DNA of 64,000 bases. Origin: Schizochytrium sp. TIO01. Its lineage: Eukaryota; Protista; Bigyra: Labyrinthulomycetes. Shown here piece after piece: positions 1 through 11,771 of this stretch. The notes below the pieces were generated by a model. The model saw only the letters and a program-made list of their open reading frames with translations, did not search any database and was not told where the DNA came from. Position numbers and translations under genes: made by a program. The DNA lies in NCBI GenBank assembly GCA_004764695.1, contig SMSO01000037.1, positions 2,890,747 to 2,954,746 on the forward strand, read 5' to 3'. The number at the start of each line of letters is the position of its first letter. Positions within the stretch are counted from its first letter, which is position 1.

Positions 1-2
1 TT

Positions 3-2180
3 TCAAATGATGCTCAGAGTGTGTCAAGCGGACATTCGTCTCCAGCACTTCTAACTCGTGCTACTCTCGTGAAGAAGACTATTGCTCAGCTGGAGAACTA
101 CAGCAAAGAAAAGGCACATGACATTTACACGCGCTTTTTTGACAAGTCAAACACAACAATGTGGCACCCCGGTGGTAGGAAGCGACGTTGGCAAAAGGAC
201 GATCTGATTAGAGCGCTTTTGCTTGAAGATGAGGCTGAGGCTGAGTCTGAGTCAGAAGATGATCATAGTGAGAACGCTATCAACAGTGTGGGCAATAAGG
301 CCAACACTTTGAAATCTAAGCACACAGCTGAGCAGACCTCTTTTGAACCGGTGCTGTCTCATACAGAGCCAGCACCCATACTACCAGAACCTATTCCATC
401 CTCCATACCAGCAACGGACGTATCAAATCTATCTGAAGATGGTTCAAGCACAGGAAAAAGCATTCCTCCTGAACTCGAAGAGGGGAGGAAGGAAACGTCA
501 AAGAAGGTAAGCAACCATGACGGCAAGGCGGGAAAGGGCCCGTCTCGTCGAAAGACAAGATCTAGCAAGAAGCCAGACACTTCAAGAAACAAAGTCCAAG
601 CTTCTTCAAAAGGTGTGTCAACTCCAGTACGCGCTTTGAAGCGAGTTCCAGTTCAGTCTCCTGTTAAAGAAAATGCAAAACGTATCACTGGCAAAACTCA
701 CCCCGGCAATTCGTCGAAACAACCTTCGAAGACACCCAAGCCAGCACCATCTTCAGGTGTAAGTCTCCTCACAACCCCTCCTACAACGCCGCAGCTTACC
801 CCAGAAAACAATGACTTGGAAGAAGAACCCCATCCAATTCAACCTAAGAACTTGTCATTTTCAAAGAATAACAAAGCGCAGAAAGAACTCAAGGAGCAGA
901 GTACTCCACAAGGACCAATTCAGGAACCCCAACAACAACAGCAGCAACAACAGCAGCAACAGCAGCAACGGCCCCAACAACAACAACAACAACAAACAGC
1001 TAAAACTCCTATATCCTCAACACTTCCTGACACACAAAAAAGGACAATAGCGTCTACAAATGAACAAGAAGACATTACAAACAACAGTGATTCTGCTCTA
1101 AGTAGCAGTCTTCGCTCAGGCGGTACCTACCAGCAAAGGCAAGAAAAGCAATACGATATTGTGAACTCGCAAGAGTCTACACCGTCGCATGTCATGAGCA
1201 TGCTTAAAGAACATTTCAAGACACAAGAGATATTTATGAATCGCTGCCAGGAACAATTCAAGTCAAATGATACTCAGCTTCACAGACTCGCAGACCAAGT
1301 AAAGGAAAGCAAGCTCCAAGCAACCCGGGCTCTCGAGCAACAATCTGAACTTCGCTCTACCTTTGCAAAGGAGTTGTCTTCTCAAATTCGGCAAGCATTG
1401 ACAAATCAGCGGCGAGTATCTCTACAGGATCAAGAAGAGTCTGATGATGAAAGTGCTGGTAAAGAGCTTAACGCGACGAACCCTGCGCAGGCTATTGACG
1501 AGCACGCAAATCAAGAACATGGGAATCCTGAAGCTATTACTTCGCCTCAGTGCCAGGATGGAGATGTCTTACATCCGCAAACCAATGAAGTTTTGAATGA
1601 ACAATCGAAACATTCGAGTGTATCTACCGCTGTTGATGCTAAACATACCCTCCAAGAGTTTGACCCAAGTATTTACGAGCGTCTCTCTCTAGCAAATGAA
1701 GTACTTTGTCGCGCCAAGCAGCAAGCACAGGCTGATATCGAAGCTGCTCAGCACCGGTTTGCTCTAGAGAGAATGAGCATTGCCCGAACTGCAAGTCGCC
1801 GTGTAGCTCGCCAGCGTCGTGCGCAACGTCGCAGTCTTCAAAAACGAGTTCGCGCAGAGCAAGCAACGCTTGATAAAATCCACAAGCTAGTATCGGCTAG
1901 GGCTCAAAGCCTTACGGAGCTTCAGGCTCAGCGGGAACATTGTATCCAAACCGTTCGGGTCAAGCTCGATGCCGCAAGCTCGATCCTTTCTGTCCAAGAA
2001 GAAGCTGTGCAGAAACACAAGGCACAAGAAAAATATCAAAATCCTAAGTGGGAATCCCTTATCAAGCAATTTGAGCAATACGCAAAGGATCAACTAGGAG
2101 TAATGCGAAAGCGAAAGTCGTTAGTGAACTCCCAACACACAAAGCTTAAGCGTCTTGTTCAAAGCTTTCAGGTAGTTTGA
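3..2180 (+). CDS. Hypothetical low-complexity/coiled-coil protein with polyQ, probably 5'-truncated by the window edge
   Basis: The frame is open from position 3, and the track start at 21 is a GTG. The N-terminus has a short helical segment (TIAQLENYSKE...WQKDDLIRALL) loosely like SAP/HeH motifs. The middle is S/P/T/K-rich with polyQ at ~929-977, and the C-terminus is coiled-coil-like. Confidence 0.75.
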   Translation, partial: SNDAQSVSSGHSSPALLTRATLVKKTIAQLENYSKEKAHDIYTRFFDKSNTTMWHPGGRKRRWQKDDLIRALLLEDEAEAESESEDDHSENAINSVGNKANTLKSKHTAEQTSFEPVLSHTEPAPILPEPIPSSIPATDVSNLSEDGSSTGKSIPPELEEGRKETSKKVSNHDGKAGKGPSRRKTRSSKKPDTSRNKVQASSKGVSTPVRALKRVPVQSPVKENAKRITGKTHPGNSSKQPSKTPKPAPSSGVSLLTTPPTTPQLTPENNDLEEEPHPIQPKNLSFSKNNKAQKELKEQSTPQGPIQEPQQQQQQQQQQQQQRPQQQQQQQTAKTPISSTLPDTQKRTIASTNEQEDITNNSDSALSSSLRSGGTYQQRQEKQYDIVNSQESTPSHVMSMLKEHFKTQEIFMNRCQEQFKSNDTQLHRLADQVKESKLQATRALEQQSELRSTFAKELSSQIRQALTNQRRVSLQDQEESDDESAGKELNATNPAQAIDEHANQEHGNPEAITSPQCQDGDVLHPQTNEVLNEQSKHSSVSTAVDAKHTLQEFDPSIYERLSLANEVLCRAKQQAQADIEAAQHRFALERMSIARTASRRVARQRRAQRRSLQKRVRAEQATLDKIHKLVSARAQSLTELQAQREHCIQTVRVKLDAASSILSVQEEAVQKHKAQEKYQNPKWESLIKQFEQYAKDQLGVMRKRKSLVNSQHTKLKRLVQSFQVV

Positions 2181-4095
2181 TCACTTTCGCGAGGAAGATC
2201 TCCAATGAAATTTCTATTGTCTCTGAAGTTTACATATTAAAGTATAATCAAGAACCTTATAACATATATCTAGTATTCCTAGATAGTATTTACATCTAGA
2301 AACACTTGTTCCGTGAGATCAGACACCATCGCCATATATTTTGTACAATTATGGGTATTTGCTTAAGTGCAAAGTCACCCATAGTAATGTTAAGGCACTG
2401 CATTTACATAATGGTTTGATATAGGAAACCCTTGTAACCTGACGCCTACAACTTGACATTAGCAAGCGATGAAACTTCTCGGTCAACAAATCTAGACCCA
2501 TTTTACATTTGTATTATATAAGTACAAACGAGTACAGTAAGTGCCTTGCTGCTTGTGTTCCATGGAATCGCACTACATTAATTTCCACTGCCGCGCATTA
2601 GTTCTGTTTAGTTCACTGCTAACCTCACGTTCTGGTGCCTGGTTATTGCAAAACATTTTTGGAAGAAGTATCCAGCCGCGGTCAAGATTGACCTGGTACA
2701 CGAACCTAACTCAAATCTTTCTAATGCTACCTCGCTACTGCATGAAAATGTTATTAAGCTTTATCAATGAGTTTACCAAAATATATTCGTCAGAACAGTT
2801 ACTATAGTTCACTTTAAAATCAGAACAGTTACTGCAAATAATAGATTTAGGATAGCTTGGAGTCGCCGTTACAGAATACGACTATCAAATTAAAAGGGTT
2901 CCGTGAGTCAGATGACTTGAATTTTGACTTTTCCAATATCTAACATAGAAATTCTGTATGATCATTGATGATTTTATGCAATAAAGGACTCAAGACAAAC
3001 TCGAATGTCTATGTGACTGTCTTTCCTCCTTAAGATGTATGATTTAATTTGAGTGCATTGAGTTGTTAACAAGGGTATAAGTTTGAAATTTTGTCTTCAC
3101 AGATCGGAATAGCTATGAATAATACTTTCATATCGTCCAGGAAATGCCAGAATAATGTGTGCAGAAAATATAAGTTACAAAAACGTGCCATTTGTTGCAA
3201 ACGTGGCATTGCATGGAGAATATTGTGAGAACTATTGCAGCAAACATGAGTCCAGGTAGACTTAACAATAGTTGTATAAGAAGTACTGTAGTGATTTTCC
3301 ACTTCCTTAATTTATAAGTATTTTTGTTCTCTAATCTAAGCTTTGTAGTAAAACGCGGTAGTTGCGTCGATATATTCTGTAAGGTATAATTTTGGAGAGC
3401 GATGAAATTTGTGAAGCTCATGCATCTCTATTTGCGAGAATCGCTCAAACTTCTGTCTCTACAGATGTTCTATTACCTTAGCTTATGTCGCTCGGTGATA
3501 AATTAATAAATTTCGCACCCACATAGATGTCGCATTATTGGTACAAATGTGCAGTGGGTCATATGTCTTATGCCTGCTCGTGTAAATCCCTCATCTATTT
3601 CGATTGTAAAACCAATATCTTTCCAGGTATACAAACAAATTTTACCTTTGAACTTTAGTCGAAGCTTTCTCAGTTCAGGTTAGACCAGTCAAGCATCAAC
3701 AACAGCTTGAGATATTTATGCAATGTCATGCAGATAAAAATAATTGTGAACTAAAACTCGCATTGTTCGATGAATGTCGTGACCGTGTAAACTATAGCTT
3801 CAGTAAGCCTTTCTAGTCTGTGGCACTTGCAGATTTAATGAGAATTACATTAAAATTACAGGTATCTATAAATATGCTGGAATCTTGCAATCTGATTTAG
3901 AAATCAAATAACCTGATGCACTGCAATAATCTAAAAAAGAAAATTAGTGCATCTTATTGCTCACTTCCATAAAAGAGGAGATACTAAGGTGTGTTTAGTG
4001 AATGCATCCATCCACTGATACGAAGTAGCAGCATAATCAGGAAGTAAAAAAATATGCATTATTGTATTTATAGTTGAACATGTCACCCAAAAAAA

Positions 4096-5382
4096 TTAGG
4101 GGATAACGCCACGGGCCTTACCAACCTTGATAAAGGCATCAGCAGCAAAGTGGATATCATCCTCAGTGTGAGCGGCAGAGATCTGGGTGCGGATGCGAGC
4201 CTGGCCAAGAGGCACAACCGGGTAAGAGAAGCCAATGACGTAGACGCCCTCCTTGAGCATATCGTCAGCGAACTCAGAGGCAAGACGGGCATCGCCGAGC
4301 ATGATGGGTACGATGGGGTGGTCGTAGTCACCGCGGAGCTCAAAGCCGGCCTCCGAGAGCTTGTTACGGAAGATGTGGGTGTTCTTACGCACAGTGGAGA
4401 CAAAGGTGTTGTTAGGCTGTGAGAGCATCTCGAAAACACGAAGGGAGGCGCCAACGACTGAAGGGGCAACTGCATTACTGAAGAGGTAGGGACGGGCCTT
4501 CTGGCGGAGAAGATCAACGACCGGCTTGATGCCAGTAGTGTATCCACCAGTGGCACCACCAAGAGCCTTACCAAGGGTGGAGTTGATAATTGCCACGCGT
4601 CCATGGACGTCGCAATGCTCAATAGTGCCGCGGCCAGTCTCGCCAAAAAATCCGGTGGCATGGCACTCATCAATCATGATGAGGGCGTCATGCTCCTCAG
4701 CAAGGTCGCAGATTTCCCGGAGCGGTGCAACATCACCGTCCATGCTGAAGACACCATCAGTGACGATGAGACGAGTGCGAGCGTCCTGGGTGGCAATAAG
4801 CTTCTCCTTAAGGTCAGCCATGTCCATGTGGTTGTAGCGGTGGCGCTGGGCCTTGCAAAGACGAATTCCATCAATGATAGAAGCGTGGTTAAGCGAATCA
4901 GAAATAATAGCATCCTCAGGCCCCAAGATTGCCTCAAAGAGACCAGCGTTGGCATCGAAGCAGGACGGGAAGAGAATGGTATCCTCAGTCTCGTGAAACT
5001 TGGAGATGGCCTGCTCAAGGTCGCGGTGACCCTGCTGAGTACCCACAATGAAACGCACTGAGCTGAGACCGAATCCGTACTTGTCAAGAGACTCGTGTGC
5101 AGCCTTCACCACTTCAGGGTGGTTGGCAAGGCCCAAGTAGTTATTCGCGCAGAAGTTCAAGACTTCACCGTCACGGCCGCTGACAGTGACCTTGCTGCTC
5201 TGAGGGCTGGTCAGAACACGCTCGACCTTGTAGGTGCCAGCATCTTTGGCAGCCTGGATCTCGTCACTGAGGCGAGCAGAGAAGGCGTTGAGTGCCTGGG
5301 AGGAAAACGCACGGTTCGAGGTCACGTTTTGTTGTACCTTGGAGCCAACGCGAGTCGCAAGAGAGCCGAGGGTCTGACTCAT
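4096..5382 (-). CDS. GCAT: Glycine C-acetyltransferase (2-amino-3-ketobutyrate CoA ligase), mitochondrial precursor
   Basis: Motifs NFCANNYLGLANHP, SSVRFIVGTQ, DSLNHASIIDGIRL, TDGVFSMDGD, DECHATGF, STLGKALGG (PLP Lys) and ARIRTQISAAH. First ATG at 5382 gives an S/T/R-rich, acid-free presequence (MSQTLGSLATRVGSK...NRAFSS). Confidence 0.95.
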   Translation of the reverse strand: MSQTLGSLATRVGSKVQQNVTSNRAFSSQALNAFSARLSDEIQAAKDAGTYKVERVLTSPQSSKVTVSGRDGEVLNFCANNYLGLANHPEVVKAAHESLDKYGFGLSSVRFIVGTQQGHRDLEQAISKFHETEDTILFPSCFDANAGLFEAILGPEDAIISDSLNHASIIDGIRLCKAQRHRYNHMDMADLKEKLIATQDARTRLIVTDGVFSMDGDVAPLREICDLAEEHDALIMIDECHATGFFGETGRGTIEHCDVHGRVAIINSTLGKALGGATGGYTTGIKPVVDLLRQKARPYLFSNAVAPSVVGASLRVFEMLSQPNNTFVSTVRKNTHIFRNKLSEAGFELRGDYDHPIVPIMLGDARLASEFADDMLKEGVYVIGFSYPVVPLGQARIRTQISAAHTEDDIHFAADAFIKVGKARGVIP

Positions 5383-5915
5383 AGTTTTCTCCAACGGCGT
5401 TGTACAGAAGCCAAGCGTCTACAGCTACGCTCTCTCCACCTACGCAGGGGCCTTTGCTTAGGAAGAGAAACGGGTTATGTGTTTGCTGCCTTACGTTTGC
5501 GCCTCTGGCAATTCTTTGTATCTCCGTTTGCTGCTTTGGCCTACTTTTCCCTGCAAATCCAGGGCCCCAAATTCCGCACTTTGTAAGGAAAATAAGTGCA
5601 AGACGCTTTTTATTTCCTGGTAGCTAGCTAGGTAACATGCTAGGATAGGTACATAAGAGACCGACCCCTTTATATCTTATAAAAGAAAAAGAAAGGGAAA
5701 AGATTTTTAATTCAGGAAAGAAAGGACTTGAAAAGAAGAAGTGCTAGAGTACGGCAGTAGAGCATTGCTAGCATCGATCCAAAATAGGATCTTCACAAAG
5801 AAACGAGGAATCTAAAGATAATCAATTAGTTCCCTCTCACTCTCAGTGGACAGAGGCTGTTCCTGCTCAAGTAGTCCTTTTGAGAATTAAGATGTTTTAT
5901 TTAAAAATAAAATAG

Positions 5916-5937
5916 CAAATAAATAAACAAACAAACA

Positions 5938-5972
<35 letters not shown>
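5916..5972. repeat. Compound microsatellite (AAAT)/(AAAC)/(CAAT)n
   Basis: Seen directly. Confidence 0.9.
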
Positions 5973-5974
<2 letters not shown>

Positions 5975-8170
5975 AAGAATAGTAGACTCATAATAGTACA
6001 GATAGTATACTTACTGCCTACTTAAAAAGTAACAGTAGACATGCTTCGCGTTCTTTCTATTTCCTTTCGCTTTTGATGCGTTTTTCAAGAGATATAGATT
6101 GCGAATTGGTTCTCTCTCTGCTGCGACAAATCTCGATGAGAACGACTTGCGGCGCGTTTTCTCAATTGATCCTCCGCCGCTGTTTCTTGACGGGACAGCC
6201 AGCCAGCCAGCCAGTCTCAGCGATGGGAGCCTGAGAGTGTTCGCGGGAGGAGCGTGAGATTGGAAAGAACGCTTCGCATGGAGCAGGCGCGGGAATGTGC
6301 TCGTGGGACAGATTTGTGGCAAGGATTTGGAGGAAATGAATGAATGCCATTCCTTCGTGGCCAGCAATAAAACCATGAAACAACCAAACAACCAGACGAC
6401 CAGACGACCAAATGACCAAACGACAAAGCAAGTCATCGATCGAGCAATCAGTCAGCAACGTAAGTTCTTTGCACCTATAAGGCCCAGCAGGTGCCAAGGT
6501 ACAACCAGCTTGGAGCATTCGCTACGGATCTCAGCTCTCGAGAGTCTCAAGCGAAGAGCGCCGCATATGTGTTCCCACGTCTGCCTTCGGGGCTGCTGAG
6601 AGGATGCTCACGACGAGCAGCAGGAAGCGACCCCTCGCGAGGGGCAGGTAACCGAGCAGGCCCGAAGATTGCTTGAGTTATGGATGATCGATGGATGCCT
6701 CAATGCATGCATTCATGCATACATGTAGTACTCAAGTGACACATTTGTACGAGATCTTCATAATGTTATAAGTCTAGATCGACGTTGCCTTGCGGATAAC
6801 CTCAGCGAGAACAACTTCTGTGCCCACGCTGCGACGTTGGGCACCAGCTTGCTCGAGGAACGAATACCTCGGATCATACGGTCAGAAGCAACACAACGAA
6901 AGCAGTGGTACAAAGTTTTGGCCAAGTTCTCGACAGCCTCGACGGGAGTTCTAGCGGGCTTTAAGGCTGCTTATGGCTTTGTATTTGTATCAACTTAAGC
7001 TCCTGGAAGGAATAGAATAGTTCACCACAAGCTGAAAGAGGTGCCTCCGCTGATGAGAGCACGTTACGACAGCTCTCGATTCGACCTGCACCGAAGCGTG
7101 TGCAGCCTTGCGAATTAGACGCTCTTAGACTTCTCAATCTCTCAAGAGCAGAGGTTTGTCCCAGGTCCTGAGGAAGCATAGTCTGAGGAATAATAACATT
7201 CTATAAAATGAAATCTACTCAGGGCTTTGGATACAAATCTGACTGCTATATGGGTGTTTAGCGGAAACACTAATTAGATAGTTGGAAAAGCGCAGAAAAG
7301 AAAAGAAAAAGAAAAAGAAAAAAAGAAAAAGAAGGTGCCACCGTACCTCAATTCTAGCAAGCCCTTCGGTCTTCGACAATCGTTTGTGCATCGCGAACAG
7401 AACAACGCCAATTCAGTTCAGCTGCTCAAGGAATGCAATGAAAACAATGGAAAATCAAGTGAATGTAAGTCGCGGTGTTTATTTATTCTGTATGTATTTG
7501 TAATTAATCACAAGAATAAGGAAGTGAGGAGGCAGGTTCTTGCTCAGGTGCGGCTGCCATTCTATCCAAATTGCAGATGTATATAGTTGACTGCCAATAA
7601 AAGCCATGCACAATCGTGCTGTGTTGTTTTAAGAAACTCTTTAAAACTCTTATGAAGATGATTTGCATAATTAGTGGTATAAGAGGAAGGCCTGCGTCCA
7701 AGGGCATGCACAGCAGTTCCTTATTCACCTTGCTATAACAATACGTTAATTCTATGTCATCATCATCGCTTTCAAATAAGAACTTCTTCATTAGTCGAGA
7801 AGATGCTTTGGCAAACGGAATCTAGTTGGGTAGGTAGACAATTGTTTTCGTCAGAACATAAAGTGAGGAGATGTCCTACTACTGCAGTTCTTGACATCTA
7901 TTCTAGCAGGCTTGCTCGTCCCGGAGAACGGGCACAATGGTCATCGGAGACTTGCTTTGAACAACCAAATTTTCTCAGCGATAACTAATGTCCCGGTAGG
8001 CTCTTCTATTACCTACACGGCGTTTAGGTGGTCATGACTTTTTATAGTTCTTATTGTAGTTTCAGGGTCAAAAGGATAGTACAGCAGATCAACTTTGATG
8101 CAACCACGTAATTTGATTAATAACAAACCAAATTACTTGAGTGAGAAATATTTATTACATCAATGCTGTT

Positions 8171-9964
8171 TTAACAAGGAAGTAACCATGTCGTTTCTTC
8201 AGAGCACTTCGACTCTCGCAGGGTCAACTCTAATTCATGCTTCACAGCTGGTGAAACAGGAGGTTTGGTAGAGCGGAGAGCTTCCGTGATATCAGCGTCT
8301 GTGCACTTGCTGACAAAGTCCAAGTCTTCTTGATACCGCATCGGAACAAGAGAAAGATCATAATACAAGGCAGGGCTGTTTCGCTTGATTCGAATATAGC
8401 GCGAGAAAGTAGAGAAGCCAGTGCCTAGAAAATAAGACGACCGAGTGCAGATGAGCTGCTCGATTAAACCGAGCAAGCTTGACTGTATATCGTTTTGCGG
8501 GAAGCGAGCCAGAAAACGTCCTACCTCAGGCACTTCTGCTAACTTGTTACTAAAAGTGAGCTCAAAGCCAGCCTTGCGAAATGGCTCGAAATAAGGTGAC
8601 CCTGAGCGTGACGGCTGGGTTGCTACGTACATCTGATGCGAGACTGTCGTGGCATTGCGTCGTGTCAAGCGCTTCACAAAACTCGAAGCCGGGCCAAGCT
8701 TATCTGTCAAAAGCATCGTGTCGCGATCCTGAAAGCGAATATGGACAGCAATGAAAGGCTCAAAACCAAACATATGTTCCACAGCAATACGAGATACACG
8801 ACGAAAGGCAGCTGAGAGTTGGACATGCTGACGAGCATACACTAATTCTTCCTCAGTGAATGCAAAACGTTTCCACATAGAATACTTAGCGAAGAACAAC
8901 ACTTCAGCGGGATCATTACCATAAATGCGTTGGATATCCTCAGTCGTGTAAGGGGGAGCACGGTCAGCGGCTTTGTAAGGAAGCTCCACGCGATGCCATC
9001 TTGGAAAACTCCGAGGTTCATTTCCTTCTACAAATCTCCGCAAGATGATATTACTCAGACCAAGCGTTGAAACAGCATTGTTCATTCGAACCTCGTCAAA
9101 AATCTGGAAGGCTTCTGCAGTGCGATCCCAGTCGACTTTATTATAGTTCCAAAACATACTCGTATGTGGGCACAGGGGCGGAACTACGAGGACTCGACCG
9201 AGTGCTCGTGCAACAAGGAGCGCTTGCTCGAGAATGATGCGTTGGTTACTCATGCCTCCCGATGGCTGATACACAAAGTACTTGCGACCAGGCTCGAACC
9301 ACGATCCTCGCATATAGTGTTTCTCAATGGCCACATCCTTCACAGGTTTGATGATTTGTTTCCGGCTCGACCACATGGAGACAAACTGATTTTGGTCCTT
9401 CAGCATTTCTTTGGCAATTTCCTCTCTCTCCTCTAAATGGCTAATGGAGTCTTTCGTTACTAAAACTGATAATTTCTGATGCGCTGGTAATTCTTCTTCC
9501 ATTTGTTCGTCAGGGTTGGTTTGCCGCGAGTTGCTGTTAATCTCTTCGTACGTTTGCCCGTCGTCGCGGGTATCTTCATCGTCTTGCGTCCCGTCCCTGG
9601 AGTCTTCCGATCTGCCAATATTCTTCATATTAGCACTATTGAGATCATCGTCGACATCCAAAATCGACGCGTCTCTAAACACATCGCCAATGTGCTTTGC
9701 ATGAATATCTGTGTCTACTTCGTCGGGAAGCTCCTGCGCTATCAGTGCTTCCGCGATGCTTTCGCTGAGCATCCAGCCTCGCCAGATCATTATCACCACG
9801 AAGGCGCACATTCCGTAGAGAAGCACTTTACGCGACATCTTCAAAAACTTCTCGGGGTTCCGAGAGCCCTCACGGACTCGGCGTCGCAGCCACGCAGAAG
9901 AGGTTGTCCACCACGGCAAACGCCTTGGAGACGCACTGGGCCCTCTGGCGAGGCGTTGCTGCAT
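8171..9964 (-). CDS. O-fucosyltransferase-family (POFUT-like, GT-B) type II membrane glycosyltransferase
   Basis: TM anchor (VLLYGMCAFVVIMIW) and acidic stem. Catalytic-region motifs QPSGGMSNQ, ARALGRVLVVPP, FIAVHIRFQD, MYVATQ, LIEQLICTRSSYFLGTGFSTFS. ATG candidates at 9964 and 9838. Confidence 0.85.
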   Translation of the reverse strand: MQQRLARGPSASPRRLPWWTTSSAWLRRRVREGSRNPEKFLKMSRKVLLYGMCAFVVIMIWRGWMLSESIAEALIAQELPDEVDTDIHAKHIGDVFRDASILDVDDDLNSANMKNIGRSEDSRDGTQDDEDTRDDGQTYEEINSNSRQTNPDEQMEEELPAHQKLSVLVTKDSISHLEEREEIAKEMLKDQNQFVSMWSSRKQIIKPVKDVAIEKHYMRGSWFEPGRKYFVYQPSGGMSNQRIILEQALLVARALGRVLVVPPLCPHTSMFWNYNKVDWDRTAEAFQIFDEVRMNNAVSTLGLSNIILRRFVEGNEPRSFPRWHRVELPYKAADRAPPYTTEDIQRIYGNDPAEVLFFAKYSMWKRFAFTEEELVYARQHVQLSAAFRRVSRIAVEHMFGFEPFIAVHIRFQDRDTMLLTDKLGPASSFVKRLTRRNATTVSHQMYVATQPSRSGSPYFEPFRKAGFELTFSNKLAEVPEVGRFLARFPQNDIQSSLLGLIEQLICTRSSYFLGTGFSTFSRYIRIKRNSPALYYDLSLVPMRYQEDLDFVSKCTDADITEALRSTKPPVSPAVKHELELTLRESKCSEETTWLLPC

Positions 9965-11771
9965 ACCCTGCGCGCTAAGGGATTGTGTTGGGCCCGCTAA
10001 TCGGCAAACTTCGATCGTCAACTACCTGATCAACCGATTCGAGGAGAAGAGCAAAGCACCGTTGCAAAGCAGGAGTAGATCTGCAACCGATCGGGATTGG
10101 TTGAGGACTTGACTGTTGATGGTTTTCGATGGAAATGTTGTCACTTAGTTTTCTCGCTCACGTTAACCGGTACTGAAAACAAATCCTTTTCCTTCTTCCT
10201 TTATTCATTTTCTTTCTAATGATTAATAGTGCTCATAATCTACATTTGGTGCAGGCCTAATTCCCAAAGTGGACTCCGCAATTCAATGTGGAAGCACACA
10301 AAAATGCCATACAAAGCTCACTACTCACGAGCACCCTCATGAAAAAATGTACGTGGGCCTCGCTGAGCTTTACCTTAGCACTACAAAAGTCAAGTCACGG
10401 TGGAGGGAACTAAGAATGCTGACTATTAGGTGGAGACCCTTTAGAAGTATATTAGTGCCAGATACTTGTTATTTTTGTATATTAACATTTTCCAAAGAGC
10501 TGCTATCATGGTATTAAAAAAGAGGAAAAGAAGGAGCTTATAATTGAAAAGATCAAACGTTGTGAACAAAATCAATACAAGAGTATTTGCGGAGGCACGC
10601 AATTAACGCAGCTGCTGGCCATCTGACCCCTCACGTGAGCTTTGGCCAAGTTGCGTTGAGGAAGGAGGGATCAGGGTTTAGGCAGTCGCTCAAGAAGGTC
10701 TCGAAGAAAACACTTAAGGGCCGAGTGTCCACACTACATCCGGTGGGGACAAAGCGGGTCCTAACAAAATGAATCCCTGGCTCTGGATGTTCATAATAAC
10801 CAAAGCCTTACAACCAAAGTCCACGATGAACTCAGCAGCTTGAAGAGCTCGAGAAACACGGCAACGCACACCTCTTCTATGGCTATAGATTGTGTGCAAA
10901 CTTAGTCTTGAAGGTTCTTTCGTAAGGTGCCTGGAGGTTGAACTGTGTATGGGCTTTCGTACCTCCCAGAGCATGACCGTCTCCAAGCAGACCGTACTAT
11001 TGACTTCAGAGCCCTTGGGAAGCGGAGGGGCGCAGAAGCTCGGCTGTAGATAGATCCACGTTGGTCCTTCGTTTTGGGTTGGGGCCGTACTAGTGCATAC
11101 GGCCTAATTTGTTTACAAACGGTTCTTGAAGAAATGAAAAAGAGCTTTCAACTGTCGCAGTTGTCAGTTCGTGCTCGTTCACAGGAATGCCATTCACACT
11201 CTCTGCAGATCTAGCGAGTACAGCATGCGTGCCAGCTTAGATGTGAGCCTTGCTCCTTCGCATTCCTTGGCTGCTGGCTGCTCATCCTCATCGTCTTATG
11301 GCTGCAATTCCCTCGCAAGCAACATCCGTTGCTAAAGATGTTTAAAAAAAATGTATAAAAGGTCATGCATGACCCTCCATTGTAAAATGTAGTGAGTGTT
11401 TTGATCATCATAACTAGCATTATTTTCATCATCACAGCATAATACTCTTCGAAGTCCTAATGCGAGTCAATTCTATTACTCAGGCCTCCCTACATGAAGA
11501 CGTTGAGCTGCCACGTCTTCGTTGGCTTTCTTCTTGGTTGGGTTAAACCCCTATTGCGAATCAAGTTTTTATTGCTTATTGTCTATTGTTAGTGATAGCC
11601 TAGTGTAGTTCCTAACCCTCCCTATCTTCTTGTCTTCCCATCAAACCTTAAAACCGTCACTGCGTTCATCCTCGCCAGAAGAGCCCTTCTCTGGCCCTCT
11701 ACCTCGGCGCCTAATCAATTTCTTTTGCAGTCCGACAGGCACCTTTCGACCTCTCCGTATTTTCCGCAGCT

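Noticed and set aside
2300-3950. AT-rich spacer with short ORFs and a 14-bp direct repeat (TCAGAACAGTTACT)
   Set aside because: No coherent reading frame or family signature.
4083-5586. Multiple long overlapping and antisense ORFs over GCAT
   Set aside because: Shadow ORFs caused by strong codon bias in a well-identified gene. They contain no motifs.
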